Part shown: positions 55,361-64,000 of the stretch, piece by piece
How the letters are laid out: every line of letters begins with the position of its first letter
Position numbering within the stretch: position 1 is the first letter of the stretch
From: Candidatus Omnitrophota bacterium
GTDB lineage: Bacteria > Omnitrophota > Gorgyraeia > Zapsychrales > JANLHA01
Direction: 5' to 3'
Length of the DNA: 64,000 nt
Assembly (NCBI GenBank): GCA_963662715.1
Contig: OY759724.1
Span: forward strand, 1,562,662 to 1,626,661
Made by a program: the position numbers and the translations under genes
The notes under the pieces: model-generated
The model's database searches: none
What the model was told of the DNA's origin: nothing
The model's input: only the letters and a program-made list of their open reading frames with translations

Positions 55361-56917
55361 ATGATTAAAGTCAAAAGGGCTTTAATGAGTGTTTCAGACA
55401 AGACGGGCCTTGTCGAATTTGCCAGAGGACTTCAGGCTCTGGGCGTGGAGATTGTGTCGACCGGAGGGACGGCCAGAAGCTTAAGACAGGCGCACATTCC
55501 GGTCGTCGAAGTTTCCGACTATACAGGTTATCCGGAAATCCTGGACGGAAGGGTGAAAACCCTGAACCCCGTTATTCATGGAGGACTTCTTGCTGTCCGG
55601 GACAATCAGGAGCATATGCGGCAGCTCGAACAGCAGCATATCGGCTTGATTGACCTGGTCGTCGTCAACCTTTATCCGTTTGAAAAAGTCATTCAGAAAA
55701 GTCATGTGCCGCTGGAAGAAGCTTTGGAAAATATTGATATCGGAGGGCCGACTCTCTTGCGGGCTGCGGCAAAAAATTTTAAAAGCGTCGCTGTGCTCTG
55801 CAATCCTGCCCGTTATAAAAATATTCTGGGGGAACTGCAGCGTAATCAGGGGATTTTGCCGGACACGGTTTTAAAAAGTCTGGCGCTCGATGTTTTTCAG
55901 CACACGTCACAATATGATGAAGTGATCTTTAACTTTCTCGATCAAAGGATGCGCAGCGGGGAGCTGACGGGATTGGCACGAAGCATGACGGTGCGTTTGA
56001 ATAAAGTCCAGGATTTGCGTTACGGCGAGAATCCCCACCAGGAAGCCGCGTTTTATAAATATACGCGGGAAGCTGCCGGCCTGGCCCGTTTGAAACAGCT
56101 GCACGGGAAAGAACTGTCATTCAATAATTACCTGGATCTGCATGCTGCCGTTCAGGTCGTTAAAGACTTCTCCTCTCCGGCCGCGGTCGTCATCAAGCAT
56201 AACAACCCGACGGGGGTGGCGGAGGACGGCGTTTTAGCGAAAGCCTACGAAAAGGCCTGGCGGTGCGACACGCTTTCGGCTTTCGGCGGCATTATCGGAT
56301 TGAATAAGAAAGTGGATGAGGATACCGCCAAGCTTATCAGCAAGAGCGGGTTTATGGAATGCATTATTGCCCCGGGCTATTATCGGGATGCCTTAAAAAT
56401 TTTGACGCAAAAGAAGAATGTCCGTATTATTCAGCTGAAAGGGAATGAGCTGGAAGCAAACCCTTTTGATTTTCGGCAAGTTGACGGCGGCATGCTTGTG
56501 CAGGCGAAAGACCGCAAGACGATTACGGCTCCTCAGTTAAAAGTTGTCACGGCGCGAAAACCCACCAAGGCTCAGGTTGAGGCTATGCTGTTCGGATGGA
56601 AGGTCATCAAACATATCCGGTCCAATGCGATTATCCTTGTGAAAGGAAAACGGACCGTCGGGATCGGCTGCGGCCAGACATCCCGGGTTGAGAGCGTTTC
56701 TCTGGCCATTCGTAAAGCCGGGCGGCAGGCCGCTCAATCCTGTCTGGTTTCCGATGCGTTTATCCCGAAGACAGATAATATTAAGCTCGCCGCTCAAGCC
56801 GGGATTAAGGCGATTATTCAAACAGGCGGCTCTGTCGCGGATGAAGATGTGATTCGCGCTGCCGATAAACATAAAATAGCCATGGTCATGACCGGCCTAA
56901 GGCATTTTAAACACTAA
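55361..56917 (+). CDS. purH: bifunctional AICAR transformylase / IMP cyclohydrolase
   Basis: Start at MIKVKRAL, with GGAGAAAA upstream. MGS-like N-terminal 'ALMSVSDKTGLVEFARGL...VSTGGTA'. AICARFT domain blocks. Confidence 0.85.
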   Translation: MIKVKRALMSVSDKTGLVEFARGLQALGVEIVSTGGTARSLRQAHIPVVEVSDYTGYPEILDGRVKTLNPVIHGGLLAVRDNQEHMRQLEQQHIGLIDLVVVNLYPFEKVIQKSHVPLEEALENIDIGGPTLLRAAAKNFKSVAVLCNPARYKNILGELQRNQGILPDTVLKSLALDVFQHTSQYDEVIFNFLDQRMRSGELTGLARSMTVRLNKVQDLRYGENPHQEAAFYKYTREAAGLARLKQLHGKELSFNNYLDLHAAVQVVKDFSSPAAVVIKHNNPTGVAEDGVLAKAYEKAWRCDTLSAFGGIIGLNKKVDEDTAKLISKSGFMECIIAPGYYRDALKILTQKKNVRIIQLKGNELEANPFDFRQVDGGMLVQAKDRKTITAPQLKVVTARKPTKAQVEAMLFGWKVIKHIRSNAIILVKGKRTVGIGCGQTSRVESVSLAIRKAGRQAAQSCLVSDAFIPKTDNIKLAAQAGIKAIIQTGGSVADEDVIRAADKHKIAMVMTGLRHFKH

Positions 56918-56924
56918 TCCCTCC

Positions 56925-58307
56925 ATGAATCCTCAAGAAGCCATACGGTATCTTGATTCATTTATTAACCTGGAAAAAATTAAAGCACCTTCAGCTCATC
57001 CTGTCTTTAAATTGCAGCGGGTGGCGGCCGTCCTTGATCTTTTGCATCGTCCTCACGATAACATCCCTTGCATTCATGTCGCCGGAACAAAAGGCAAGGG
57101 AAGCACGTGCGCTTATGTCGCGCATATATTGCGGTGCGCAGGCTGTTCGGTGGGGTTATACACATCCCCTCATTTATGGGATTTCCGGGAAAGGATCCGC
57201 ATCCTTCGCCCTGATTCCCCGCCTGTCCCCGAAGGGGAGCTTTTCGGGGGCTGTATCAGCGAGGAGGATTTTTGTTCTGCCCTGCAGGAGATGCAGCCTG
57301 CTCTGAAGGACGTGCAGGCCCGGGAAGAGGAGTCCGGAGGTCCTTTGACGTATTTTGAGGTTTTGACGGTGCTGGCGTTGTACTATTTCCGGCAAAAGAA
57401 GGTTCATTGTCTTGTGCTGGAAACGGGCCTGGGGGGGCGTTTAGACGCAACGAACGTGGTTGACGCGGACATCTGCGGATTAACTCCGGTTAGCCTGGAT
57501 CACACGGCGATTTTAGGCCCGTCCCTTAAGGAGATCGCCAAAGAAAAGGCGGGCATTGTTAAATCCCGGAGTCAGGCGGTGCTGGTGGCTGACCAGCCGG
57601 AGGAGGTCAGGGCTGTTTTGGCAGAACATGTCCGTCGTGCCGGCTGTCAGGCTTATTTTATGGGCCGGGACATTCAACTCAAGGACGATGAACAACAGAC
57701 GCGCGCAGGGTTTCAGCATTTTAGCGTGCAAGGGCTTAAGCGGGATTATAAGCTGTGTACAGGACTGCTGGGACGGCATCAGTCCCAAAATGCGGCTATG
57801 GCCGTGGGGTTGGCGGAAATGTTCATGAATAAAACGCAGACCCCTGTCTCACGACAGGCTGTTCAGGAGGGCATCGGGGAAACATTCTGGCCTGGCCGGT
57901 TTGAGAAAATGGGCTCGGAACCGGATGTCGTTCTGGACGTCGCCCATAACCCCGATTCCATGCTCGTGCTGGCACGAACGATACGGCAATATTATCCCCG
58001 GAAACGGATCGTTCTTCTCGTGGGCATTTCCCGGGACAAGGATCAGCGGGAGATCTGCCGGACGTTGGCGACAATGGCCGAAGAGGTTGTTATAACCCAG
58101 GCGGATCATCCCCGGGCAGCTGACCTGGATGTCCCGGAAATCCGCAACCTGTTTTCCGGCCGGCATTTTTATGTCTCCCAAAACGTAAAAGAGGGAGTCT
58201 CTTTGGCTTTAGCGCGGGCGCAGCGGGATGATTTGATTTTGGTGACCGGTTCCATTTTTGTGGTCGGAGAAGCCAGGAAGATTTTTTTAAAAATGACTCA
58301 AAGATAA
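56925..58307 (+). CDS. folC: folylpolyglutamate synthase / dihydrofolate synthase
   Basis: Mur-ligase P-loop 'HVAGTKGKGSTCAY'. 'LETGLGGRLDATN' and 'VLDVAHNPDS' are characteristic. Confidence 0.8.
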   Translation: MNPQEAIRYLDSFINLEKIKAPSAHPVFKLQRVAAVLDLLHRPHDNIPCIHVAGTKGKGSTCAYVAHILRCAGCSVGLYTSPHLWDFRERIRILRPDSPPVPEGELFGGCISEEDFCSALQEMQPALKDVQAREEESGGPLTYFEVLTVLALYYFRQKKVHCLVLETGLGGRLDATNVVDADICGLTPVSLDHTAILGPSLKEIAKEKAGIVKSRSQAVLVADQPEEVRAVLAEHVRRAGCQAYFMGRDIQLKDDEQQTRAGFQHFSVQGLKRDYKLCTGLLGRHQSQNAAMAVGLAEMFMNKTQTPVSRQAVQEGIGETFWPGRFEKMGSEPDVVLDVAHNPDSMLVLARTIRQYYPRKRIVLLVGISRDKDQREICRTLATMAEEVVITQADHPRAADLDVPEIRNLFSGRHFYVSQNVKEGVSLALARAQRDDLILVTGSIFVVGEARKIFLKMTQR

Positions 58308-58406
58308 TGGTTTAATCTTTATGAAAGATTTTGTTTCAGGAAGAGTATGACAAGAACTCCTTTCGGGATGCCCGGAGGGGAGATGCGTCTGAAAGAAGGG
58401 AAGACT

Positions 58407-59891
58407 ATGGATGAATGGCATAAGTTAGACGATACGATTGTGGCCATATCCACGCCGTTGGGGCAGGGGGGGATTGGGATCGTGCGTTTAAGCGGACCGG
58501 AAGCATTGTCTATCGCTGATCAAATATTTTTGATAAAAAAAGGCGTCCCGGTGTCCCGTTGTCCGTCACATACTGTCCATTACGGACATGTTGTAGAAAG
58601 GCCGGCAACGGCCCGCTGCCCGGGGCCGGAAGAAGAGGAACCGGAGATCATCGACGAGGCATTGGCCGTCATTCTGAGGGCCCCCCGGACGTATACCGGA
58701 GAAGATGTTGTCGAGATAAACTGTCACGGAGGGATTGTCGTCCTGAAAGCGGTTGTTCGGCTCGCTATTGAACGGGGCGCCCGGCTGGCGGACCCCGGGG
58801 AATTTACCAAGAGGGCTTTTTTGCACGGCCGGATCGATCTGACGCAGGCAGAAGCTGTTTTGGATATTATTCAATCCAAAACAGAGGCTTTTTTAAAAGT
58901 CAGCACCCATCAATTAAAAGGGGAACTGACCTTGCAACTGGAACAGATCAGAGAAGTTCTTATGGCGGTTTACGCTGAACTGGAAGCCCTGGTGAACTTC
59001 CCTGAAGAGGACATTGAAGGCCAGATGACAGAGTCCTGCCAGCAGAAACACTCTCCGCCCGGAGAGGAAAGGCCTTTGCACAGGCAAGGGTTCAGCCGAA
59101 CTATCCGGCAGGTTTCTTCCAAAGTGCAGACATTGATCCGTTCTGCTGATCAGGGCCGCGTTTTAAAAGAAGGGATAAAGGTTGTGATTTGCGGAAGGCC
59201 TAATGTGGGCAAGTCTTCGTTATTGAACCGTCTGTTAAGATCACCCCGGGCTATCGTAAGTCCCATTGAAGGCACGACCCGGGATACGATTGAAGAAACC
59301 GTGCAGATTCAGGGGCTTCCTTTTCAGATCGTTGACACGGCCGGGATTCTCCACCCCAGAGGGCTGATTGAGGAAGAAGCTGTCAAACGCAGCCGTCTTT
59401 TTATCGAAAGTTCGGACCTCGTTTTGGTCCTGCTGGACGGATCTCAACCGTTAACGCCCGAGGATAAAAATATTCTGGAGAGTTTGCAGGGAAAAAACAT
59501 TCTCGTTGTCATTAATAAATGCGATTTACCTTTAAAGCTGGAAGAAGTTTCTCTGCGGGACACGTGTCCGGGGCAGGAAGCCTTCCGTATTTCCGCTTTG
59601 ACCGACAAGGGGATCTCTCAGCTTGAGACAGGCATGCTGCAGAAAGCCTTGCCGGAGGAGTCCCATTATGTCTCAAATGTTCTGATCAGCAACCTCAGGC
59701 ATCTTGAGGCCCTACAAAATGCCGGGCAAGCTCTTCAGCAGGCGTCCCAGCACCTGGAGAAAGGCTTGTCGTGGGAGTTTGTTTCTGAGGAGCTGAAGAC
59801 GGCGGTACATTTTTTAGATCAAATAACCGGACGGGATATCGACGCGGATCTGCTGGACAGAATTTTTGCGGAGTTTTGTATCGGGAAATAA
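58407..59891 (+). CDS. mnmE: tRNA modification GTPase MnmE
   Basis: Start chosen at MDEWHK. 'DTIVAISTPLGQGGIGIVRLSG' N-domain. G-domain 'GRPNVGKSSLLN', 'DTAG', 'NKCD'. C-terminal 'CIGK' motif. Confidence 0.8.
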   Translation: MDEWHKLDDTIVAISTPLGQGGIGIVRLSGPEALSIADQIFLIKKGVPVSRCPSHTVHYGHVVERPATARCPGPEEEEPEIIDEALAVILRAPRTYTGEDVVEINCHGGIVVLKAVVRLAIERGARLADPGEFTKRAFLHGRIDLTQAEAVLDIIQSKTEAFLKVSTHQLKGELTLQLEQIREVLMAVYAELEALVNFPEEDIEGQMTESCQQKHSPPGEERPLHRQGFSRTIRQVSSKVQTLIRSADQGRVLKEGIKVVICGRPNVGKSSLLNRLLRSPRAIVSPIEGTTRDTIEETVQIQGLPFQIVDTAGILHPRGLIEEEAVKRSRLFIESSDLVLVLLDGSQPLTPEDKNILESLQGKNILVVINKCDLPLKLEEVSLRDTCPGQEAFRISALTDKGISQLETGMLQKALPEESHYVSNVLISNLRHLEALQNAGQALQQASQHLEKGLSWEFVSEELKTAVHFLDQITGRDIDADLLDRIFAEFCIGK

Positions 59892-59969
59892 TGCTTGAAC
59901 GATATGCCCTGGCGGCCGTTTCTTGTCTCCGGCGTGAATGTTTTTTCGGAGAAATGTTTTATGCGGCGG

Positions 59970-60689
59970 TTACTTCATGTTTTCAGCAACAATGCTATCA
60001 CTGAGTTTCGTAAACTTGGACATGAGTTCATCGTCCTGAATGATGGCTTTGACTTTCGGATGAGTCAGTAGCTTGGCATAATTTTGCGTGTCAACCAGTT
60101 CTTTGATCTCGGCATCATTCATCAAGTCCTTGACCTTGGAATCCGACGAGAGCTCCTTATACTCTTGGCTTGTGACCAAGCGCTCCATCCTTGCCGGATT
60201 TTCAAACACTTTAAAGACCTGTGTCATCTTTTTCGCTGCAGGAATCCGGCTGATGACCAATTGGTTGACAGCACTGTAGGAGAAGGAGTGCTTTATATCC
60301 GTCTTGATGACATCCAGGTTGAGGATGTTGAAAGGAATGAGCGTGATCAGAAAAAGGACTCCCATCAGCATAGCGCCTTTCCAGCTCAGGTTGAGCAGCC
60401 CTCCCAATAAGCGGCTGATGAGCAAAGTCTTTTCCTGGCCTGTTTTTCCAATAGCCGACTTGCTGAGCATAAGAACCAGACGCAGGACGATCGACAGGAT
60501 AACGGCCCCTCCCAAGGCGATCATAATCGATTTGATAAGGTTGTGGGTCAAATCATAATGAATGAGGGCGATAAAAGAGCAGACCAGCAGAGATATCGGC
60601 CCCAGAATCGTCCGGAACAGGCCTTTCCTCCACCCGGTGAAGAAAAAAAGAAGCCCCAGAAGGCTTACGCTGTAATCGGTATACGTCAT
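59970..60689 (-). CDS. CvpA-family membrane protein (colicin V production protein-like)
   Basis: Four TM helices with a CvpA-like N-terminal pattern ('DYSVSLLGLLFFFTGWRKGLFRTILGPISLL'). C-terminal K/E-rich tail. Confidence 0.45.
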   Translation of the reverse strand: MTYTDYSVSLLGLLFFFTGWRKGLFRTILGPISLLVCSFIALIHYDLTHNLIKSIMIALGGAVILSIVLRLVLMLSKSAIGKTGQEKTLLISRLLGGLLNLSWKGAMLMGVLFLITLIPFNILNLDVIKTDIKHSFSYSAVNQLVISRIPAAKKMTQVFKVFENPARMERLVTSQEYKELSSDSKVKDLMNDAEIKELVDTQNYAKLLTHPKVKAIIQDDELMSKFTKLSDSIVAENMK

Positions 60690-60821
60690 GATGTTTGTTT
60701 TGTCCTCCTTGATTTTGCAACTTCAAATACGCCATAAGTCGCCGGAGTTTTTCAGGAAACATGATTTTAAACATGAGTCGGCTGATAAAGGCATTTTTTA
60801 AAAAAGCGTATAGATTTTTGC

Positions 60822-61196
60822 TTAACGCTCGCTATCTTTTTTGCTTGTGCGGTCCTTCTCCTCATTGACGACCTGCCTTTCCTTTTTGCTTTCAGAAGAT
60901 TTTTCGGGAGGAGAGAACCAAACGACATAGAGCATCCAGGGGATGAAAAAAACACCGTATCCGAACAGAATCAGAAAAGGGGTTCCTAAAATGAATTTGA
61001 CATGCAGGGGCAGAGACAGACCTTTCCGGTTCTTTTTCTTCTCCTTCAAAGCCATGTATTCTTTGTAGGAGAGAGTCTGCGCCCCTTTTTTCCGGTATGC
61101 TTCTTCAATGTGCGCGCGTTCTTCCGAGGAGATTTCCGGTGTGTCATTTTTTGAGTTTTTTTCTTCTGCCGCCACGATGCCCCCTTTGGTTCGCAA
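60822..61196 (-). CDS. hypothetical membrane protein
   Basis: 124 aa, K/E-rich termini flanking two TM helices. Confidence 0.3.
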   Translation of the reverse strand: MRTKGGIVAAEEKNSKNDTPEISSEERAHIEEAYRKKGAQTLSYKEYMALKEKKKNRKGLSLPLHVKFILGTPFLILFGYGVFFIPWMLYVVWFSPPEKSSESKKERQVVNEEKDRTSKKDSER

Positions 61197-61466
61197 TATA
61201 ACATGTTAGGAATCGCTGTTCAATATTTAATCAATTTATTGTTTTTGGTGCTTAGAGGCTTTTTATGGCCAAGCGAGCGGGCAAAATTTTACCCGCTCGC
61301 TTGAAGGCAGTGAAAAATTTTCCGTGGAGAGATGAACAAAGGGAAAGAATCCGGGAGAGTATTTCCCGGGAAAAATTATCTAATAATTCTGTTGATTATT
61401 CGAGGTGTAAAGCATAAAATTAAATTGAAGATTAAACACTAATTTATTCGGCCAAAGGAAAGACTT

Positions 61467-61805
61467 ATGAAAAAGAAGGCTGAACAGAGAAGAATGCCAA
61501 GACGATTGTGCGGGGTTCCTGTCGAAGGGAAAGAAGGAAGTTTTTTCGAGGGAATCCAGACTGTTGATATTTGCCAAGGTGGGGTTGGGCTCATTTCCGC
61601 AAAATCCATTCCCGTGAATGAGCAGATTGTCGTGCAGCTCGATCTGGATCCTGACGAAGAACCTGTGTTGGTTTTAGGAGAAGTGAAGTGGATTGTCAAG
61701 ATGAAGGATTCCGAGTATTTCCGGGTCGGGATGTCCTTTTGCGAGGAGGTCTGTTCCGGCTCCCGTTCACGCCTAAAACATTTTTTCAAAAAAGAATCCT
61801 CTTAA
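61467..61805 (+). CDS. PilZ-domain protein (variant DxCxxG motif)
   Basis: 'RRMPRR' is RxxxR. 'DICQGGVGL' fits the D/NxSxxG position but with Cys in place of Ser. Confidence 0.55.
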   Translation: MKKKAEQRRMPRRLCGVPVEGKEGSFFEGIQTVDICQGGVGLISAKSIPVNEQIVVQLDLDPDEEPVLVLGEVKWIVKMKDSEYFRVGMSFCEEVCSGSRSRLKHFFKKESS

Positions 61806-61828
61806 TTTCCATAGTTGAATAGCATGTC

Positions 61829-62191
61829 ATGGAAAGATTTTTTATGCTCCCCATAAAAGACGATAATCGTTTGTTTGAGCGCTTCCCTGCGCGGTTTCCT
61901 GTCAAATACCAGCATGCCCGCAAGGATTATGGAACAAATGTTTTCCTGCGAAACGCTTCAGCGCAGGGAATCAAGGTCGCGACTTCGGAACGGGTCTATA
62001 TTAAAGATAATATTTCATTGCTTGTAAAGCTCCCGGATGGAGGAGACCCTATGTTGTTGAACGGGAGTGTTGTTTGGGTCCAGGAAAAAAATCCTCGTCT
62101 TTGGGATGTCGGGCTTAGATTCCACAAGACAAACTTAATGCAAATGCAACGCATGTATAGACTTGTTCGAAAACCTTCCTTTATCTTTTAA
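61829..62191 (+). CDS. PilZ-domain protein (canonical motifs)
   Basis: 'ERFPAR' is RxxxR. 'NASAQGIKV' is NxSxxG. Confidence 0.55.
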   Translation: MERFFMLPIKDDNRLFERFPARFPVKYQHARKDYGTNVFLRNASAQGIKVATSERVYIKDNISLLVKLPDGGDPMLLNGSVVWVQEKNPRLWDVGLRFHKTNLMQMQRMYRLVRKPSFIF

Positions 62192-62246
62192 TAATATTAA
62201 TATTAATATATATATATTAAAAGTTGGTTTTTTATTATAAAATCAA

Positions 62247-62275
62247 TTGACCAATAAACCATAATTTGGTATATT
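62247..62275 (+). promoter_or_regulatory. sigma70-like promoter for purB (TTGACC-17 nt-TATATT)
   Basis: -35 TTGACC at 62247-62252, 17-nt spacer, -10 TATATT at 62270-62275. AAGGAG ribosome-binding site before the purB ATG. Sits at the downstream edge of a very AT-rich tract. Confidence 0.45.
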
Positions 62276-62310
62276 ACATGCGTTTATAATCCAAAAAAAA
62301 GGAGTCTTTC

Positions 62311-63606
62311 ATGATAGATCGTTATACTTTATCCAAAATGGGTAATATCTGGACCGATGAACACAAATTTTCTATCATGCTTCAAATAGAGGTTCTGGCC
62401 TGTGAAGCACTTACAAAGTTAGGAGTCATTCCTAAGAAATCGATGGAAAAAATCAAAAAAAATGCCAAGTTTGATATAGATGAGGTTCAGAGATTGGAAG
62501 AGAGAACCAAGCATGATATTGTCGCTTTCATTAATAATGTGGGACAGTATATCGGACCCGAAGCCAGATATTTACACATGGGATTAACTTCTTCGGATTT
62601 GCTGGACACATCGTTGTCCGTGCAATGTGTCGAAGCCAGCGATATCCTCATCAATGATTTGAAAAAACTTTTGGCCGCTTTGAAAATTAAAGCGAAGAAG
62701 TATAAAGACACTTTCTGTATTGCCAGAACGCATGGTGTCCACGCTGAACCGATTACGTTCGGGTTAAAACTTGCTGTGTGGTTTGATGAAACCAAAAGAA
62801 ACATCGAACGTTTAGAACAGGCTCGCGAAATGATGCGTATAGGAAAGTTGTCCGGCGCTGTCGGAACCTTTGCGAATATTGACCCGTTTGTTGAAGAATA
62901 CGTTTGTGAAAAGTTAGGGCTTAAGCCGGCTAATATCGCTACCCAGATTATTCAGCGGGATGTCCACTGCCAGTTCGTAACCACCCTGGCCCTGATCGGG
63001 TCTTCTCTTAATAAATTTGCCACGGAAATCCGTCTTCTGCAGAAAACAGAAGTCCTGGAAGTGGAAGAGCCCTTCTTCAAAGGGCAGATCGGCTCATCGG
63101 CCATGCCGCATAAACGCAATCCCGTAACGTGTGAACGTATTTCGGGGTTGTCCCGCATTCTCCGGGCTAACGCTCAGGCGGCCTTTGAAAATATCTGTCT
63201 CTGGCACGAGAGAGATATCAGCCATTCGTCCGTGGAGCGTATTATTTTGCCGGACAGCACGATTGCTTTGCATTACATGCTGCATAAGCTGATCCCCATT
63301 ATTGATGGCTTGCTGGTTTATCCGAAACATATGATTGCCAGCCTTTCAAAAACGAAAGGGCTCATTTATTCTCAACGCGTATTATTGGAGCTTATGAAGA
63401 AAGGGCTGACCCGGGAAGACGCTTATGAAATTATTCAGCACTGCGCGATGCAGGTCTGGAAGGAAACCTCTGATTTTAAGGATGTGTTATACCGGGACAG
63501 GAAAGTCAGAAAACATTTAAACACGGCGGAAATTGATGCTTGTTTTGATATTAAATACTACGCCCGGCACCGCGATATGATTTATAAACGAGTGGGATTA
63601 AAATAA
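62311..63606 (+). CDS. purB: adenylosuccinate lyase
   Basis: '[14 protein letters not shown]' N-terminus. Fumarate-lyase signature '[11 protein letters not shown]'. Confidence 0.85.
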   Translation: MIDRYTLSKMGNIWTDEHKFSIMLQIEVLACEALTKLGVIPKKSMEKIKKNAKFDIDEVQRLEERTKHDIVAFINNVGQYIGPEARYLHMGLTSSDLLDTSLSVQCVEASDILINDLKKLLAALKIKAKKYKDTFCIARTHGVHAEPITFGLKLAVWFDETKRNIERLEQAREMMRIGKLSGAVGTFANIDPFVEEYVCEKLGLKPANIATQIIQRDVHCQFVTTLALIGSSLNKFATEIRLLQKTEVLEVEEPFFKGQIGSSAMPHKRNPVTCERISGLSRILRANAQAAFENICLWHERDISHSSVERIILPDSTIALHYMLHKLIPIIDGLLVYPKHMIASLSKTKGLIYSQRVLLELMKKGLTREDAYEIIQHCAMQVWKETSDFKDVLYRDRKVRKHLNTAEIDACFDIKYYARHRDMIYKRVGLK

Positions 63607-63638
63607 AGAGGCTGTTAACCTTTATTGGGGGCTGCGCT

Positions 63639-64000
63639 ATGGAAAAAGGCAATAAGATTTACGAAGGCAAAGCAAAAATTCTTTATGAAACAGATTCCCC
63701 TGATTATGTTATCCAGTATTTTAAGGATGATGCCACGGCTTTTAACGCCGCCAAGAAAGGAATCATCCAGGAGAAAGGGATTGTCAATAATAAAATTTCC
63801 TCCAAGATTTTTGAGCTCCTGAAATCGGAAGGCATTCCCACTCATTTTGAAAAGATGCTGAGTGACCGGGAAATGCTCGTTAAAAAAGTGGCTATTGTTC
63901 CGCTGGAAGTTATTGTGCGCAATGTTGCGGCCGGCAGCCTGTGCCGGTTGCTGGGATTGCAGGAGGGGACGGCCTTGCGGTATCCCACGCTTGAGTTCTG
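63639..64000 (+). CDS. purC: phosphoribosylaminoimidazole-succinocarboxamide synthase (SAICAR synthetase), 5' part; continues past the window end
   Basis: '[14 protein letters not shown]...[13 protein letters not shown]' is the typical PurC N-terminus. Confidence 0.8.
   Translation, partial: MEKGNKIYEGKAKILYETDSPDYVIQYFKDDATAFNAAKKGIIQEKGIVNNKISSKIFELLKSEGIPTHFEKMLSDREMLVKKVAIVPLEVIVRNVAAGSLCRLLGLQEGTALRYPTLEF

Noticed and set aside
59892-59969. Inverted repeat TCTCCG...CGGAGA between convergent mnmE and the CvpA-like gene
   Set aside because: Large 15-nt loop and no adjacent U-tract on either strand. Too weak to call a bidirectional terminator.
1-64000. CRISPR arrays, transposases, integrases, phage genes
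   Set aside because: No direct-repeat/spacer periodicity and no DDE/tyrosine-recombinase-like ORFs detected on either strand. The window appears chromosomal, not mobile.

Overview
This 64 kb window looks like a gene-dense chromosomal segment from an uncultivated diderm (Gram-negative-type) bacterium. GC content is about 48%, coding is mostly on the + strand, genes are tightly packed and often overlap by a few nucleotides. I saw no rRNA, CRISPR array, transposase or integrase, and no tRNA that I could recognise by eye.

The window splits into two halves.

(A) 1-45,500 is accessory-like.
- A serpin.
- A 5.5 kb run of small signal-peptide and lipobox proteins with no recognisable domains.
- A retropepsin-like aspartic protease lipoprotein.
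- A vWA protein, sensor histidine kinase and OmpR-type regulator on the - strand, apparently one operon.
- Two tandem NUDIX hydrolases.
- Four large polytopic membrane proteins whose N-terminal loops resemble GT-C (ArnT/PMT-like) glycosyltransferases. Two of them are diverged paralogs flanking a CsaA-like tRNA-binding protein.
- Next to that pair: a YjbQ-like protein, a YkgJ Cys-cluster protein, a standalone DUF2156 protein (the aminoacyl-tRNA-dependent transferase domain of MprF), and a DnaQ-like exonuclease fused to a WYL-like domain.
- pabB/pabC, an Lrp regulator, a class-I aminotransferase, and an overlapping pair of an M48 (Ste24-like) protease and an M1-zincin domain fused to an Omp85-type beta-barrel.

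(B) 45,000-64,000 is housekeeping: second YjbQ, REC-EAL, PfkB kinase, era, YjeF-N epimerase, nth, mgtE, an ATP-grasp (Ddl-like) gene paired with a KamA-family radical-SAM aminomutase behind a 330-nt leader that ends in a terminator-like hairpin, then rpsU, purH, folC, mnmE, two tandem PilZ proteins, purB and purC.

One pattern recurs across otherwise unrelated proteins: a Cys motif, CxxC-(19-26 aa)-[ST]HG[ILM]CxxC. It occurs at the C-termini of two membrane proteins and at the N-terminus of a soluble Cys-rich protein.

All functional assignments come from reading the translated ORFs for family-specific motifs. No database search was possible, so they are hypotheses that HMM searches would confirm or refute.
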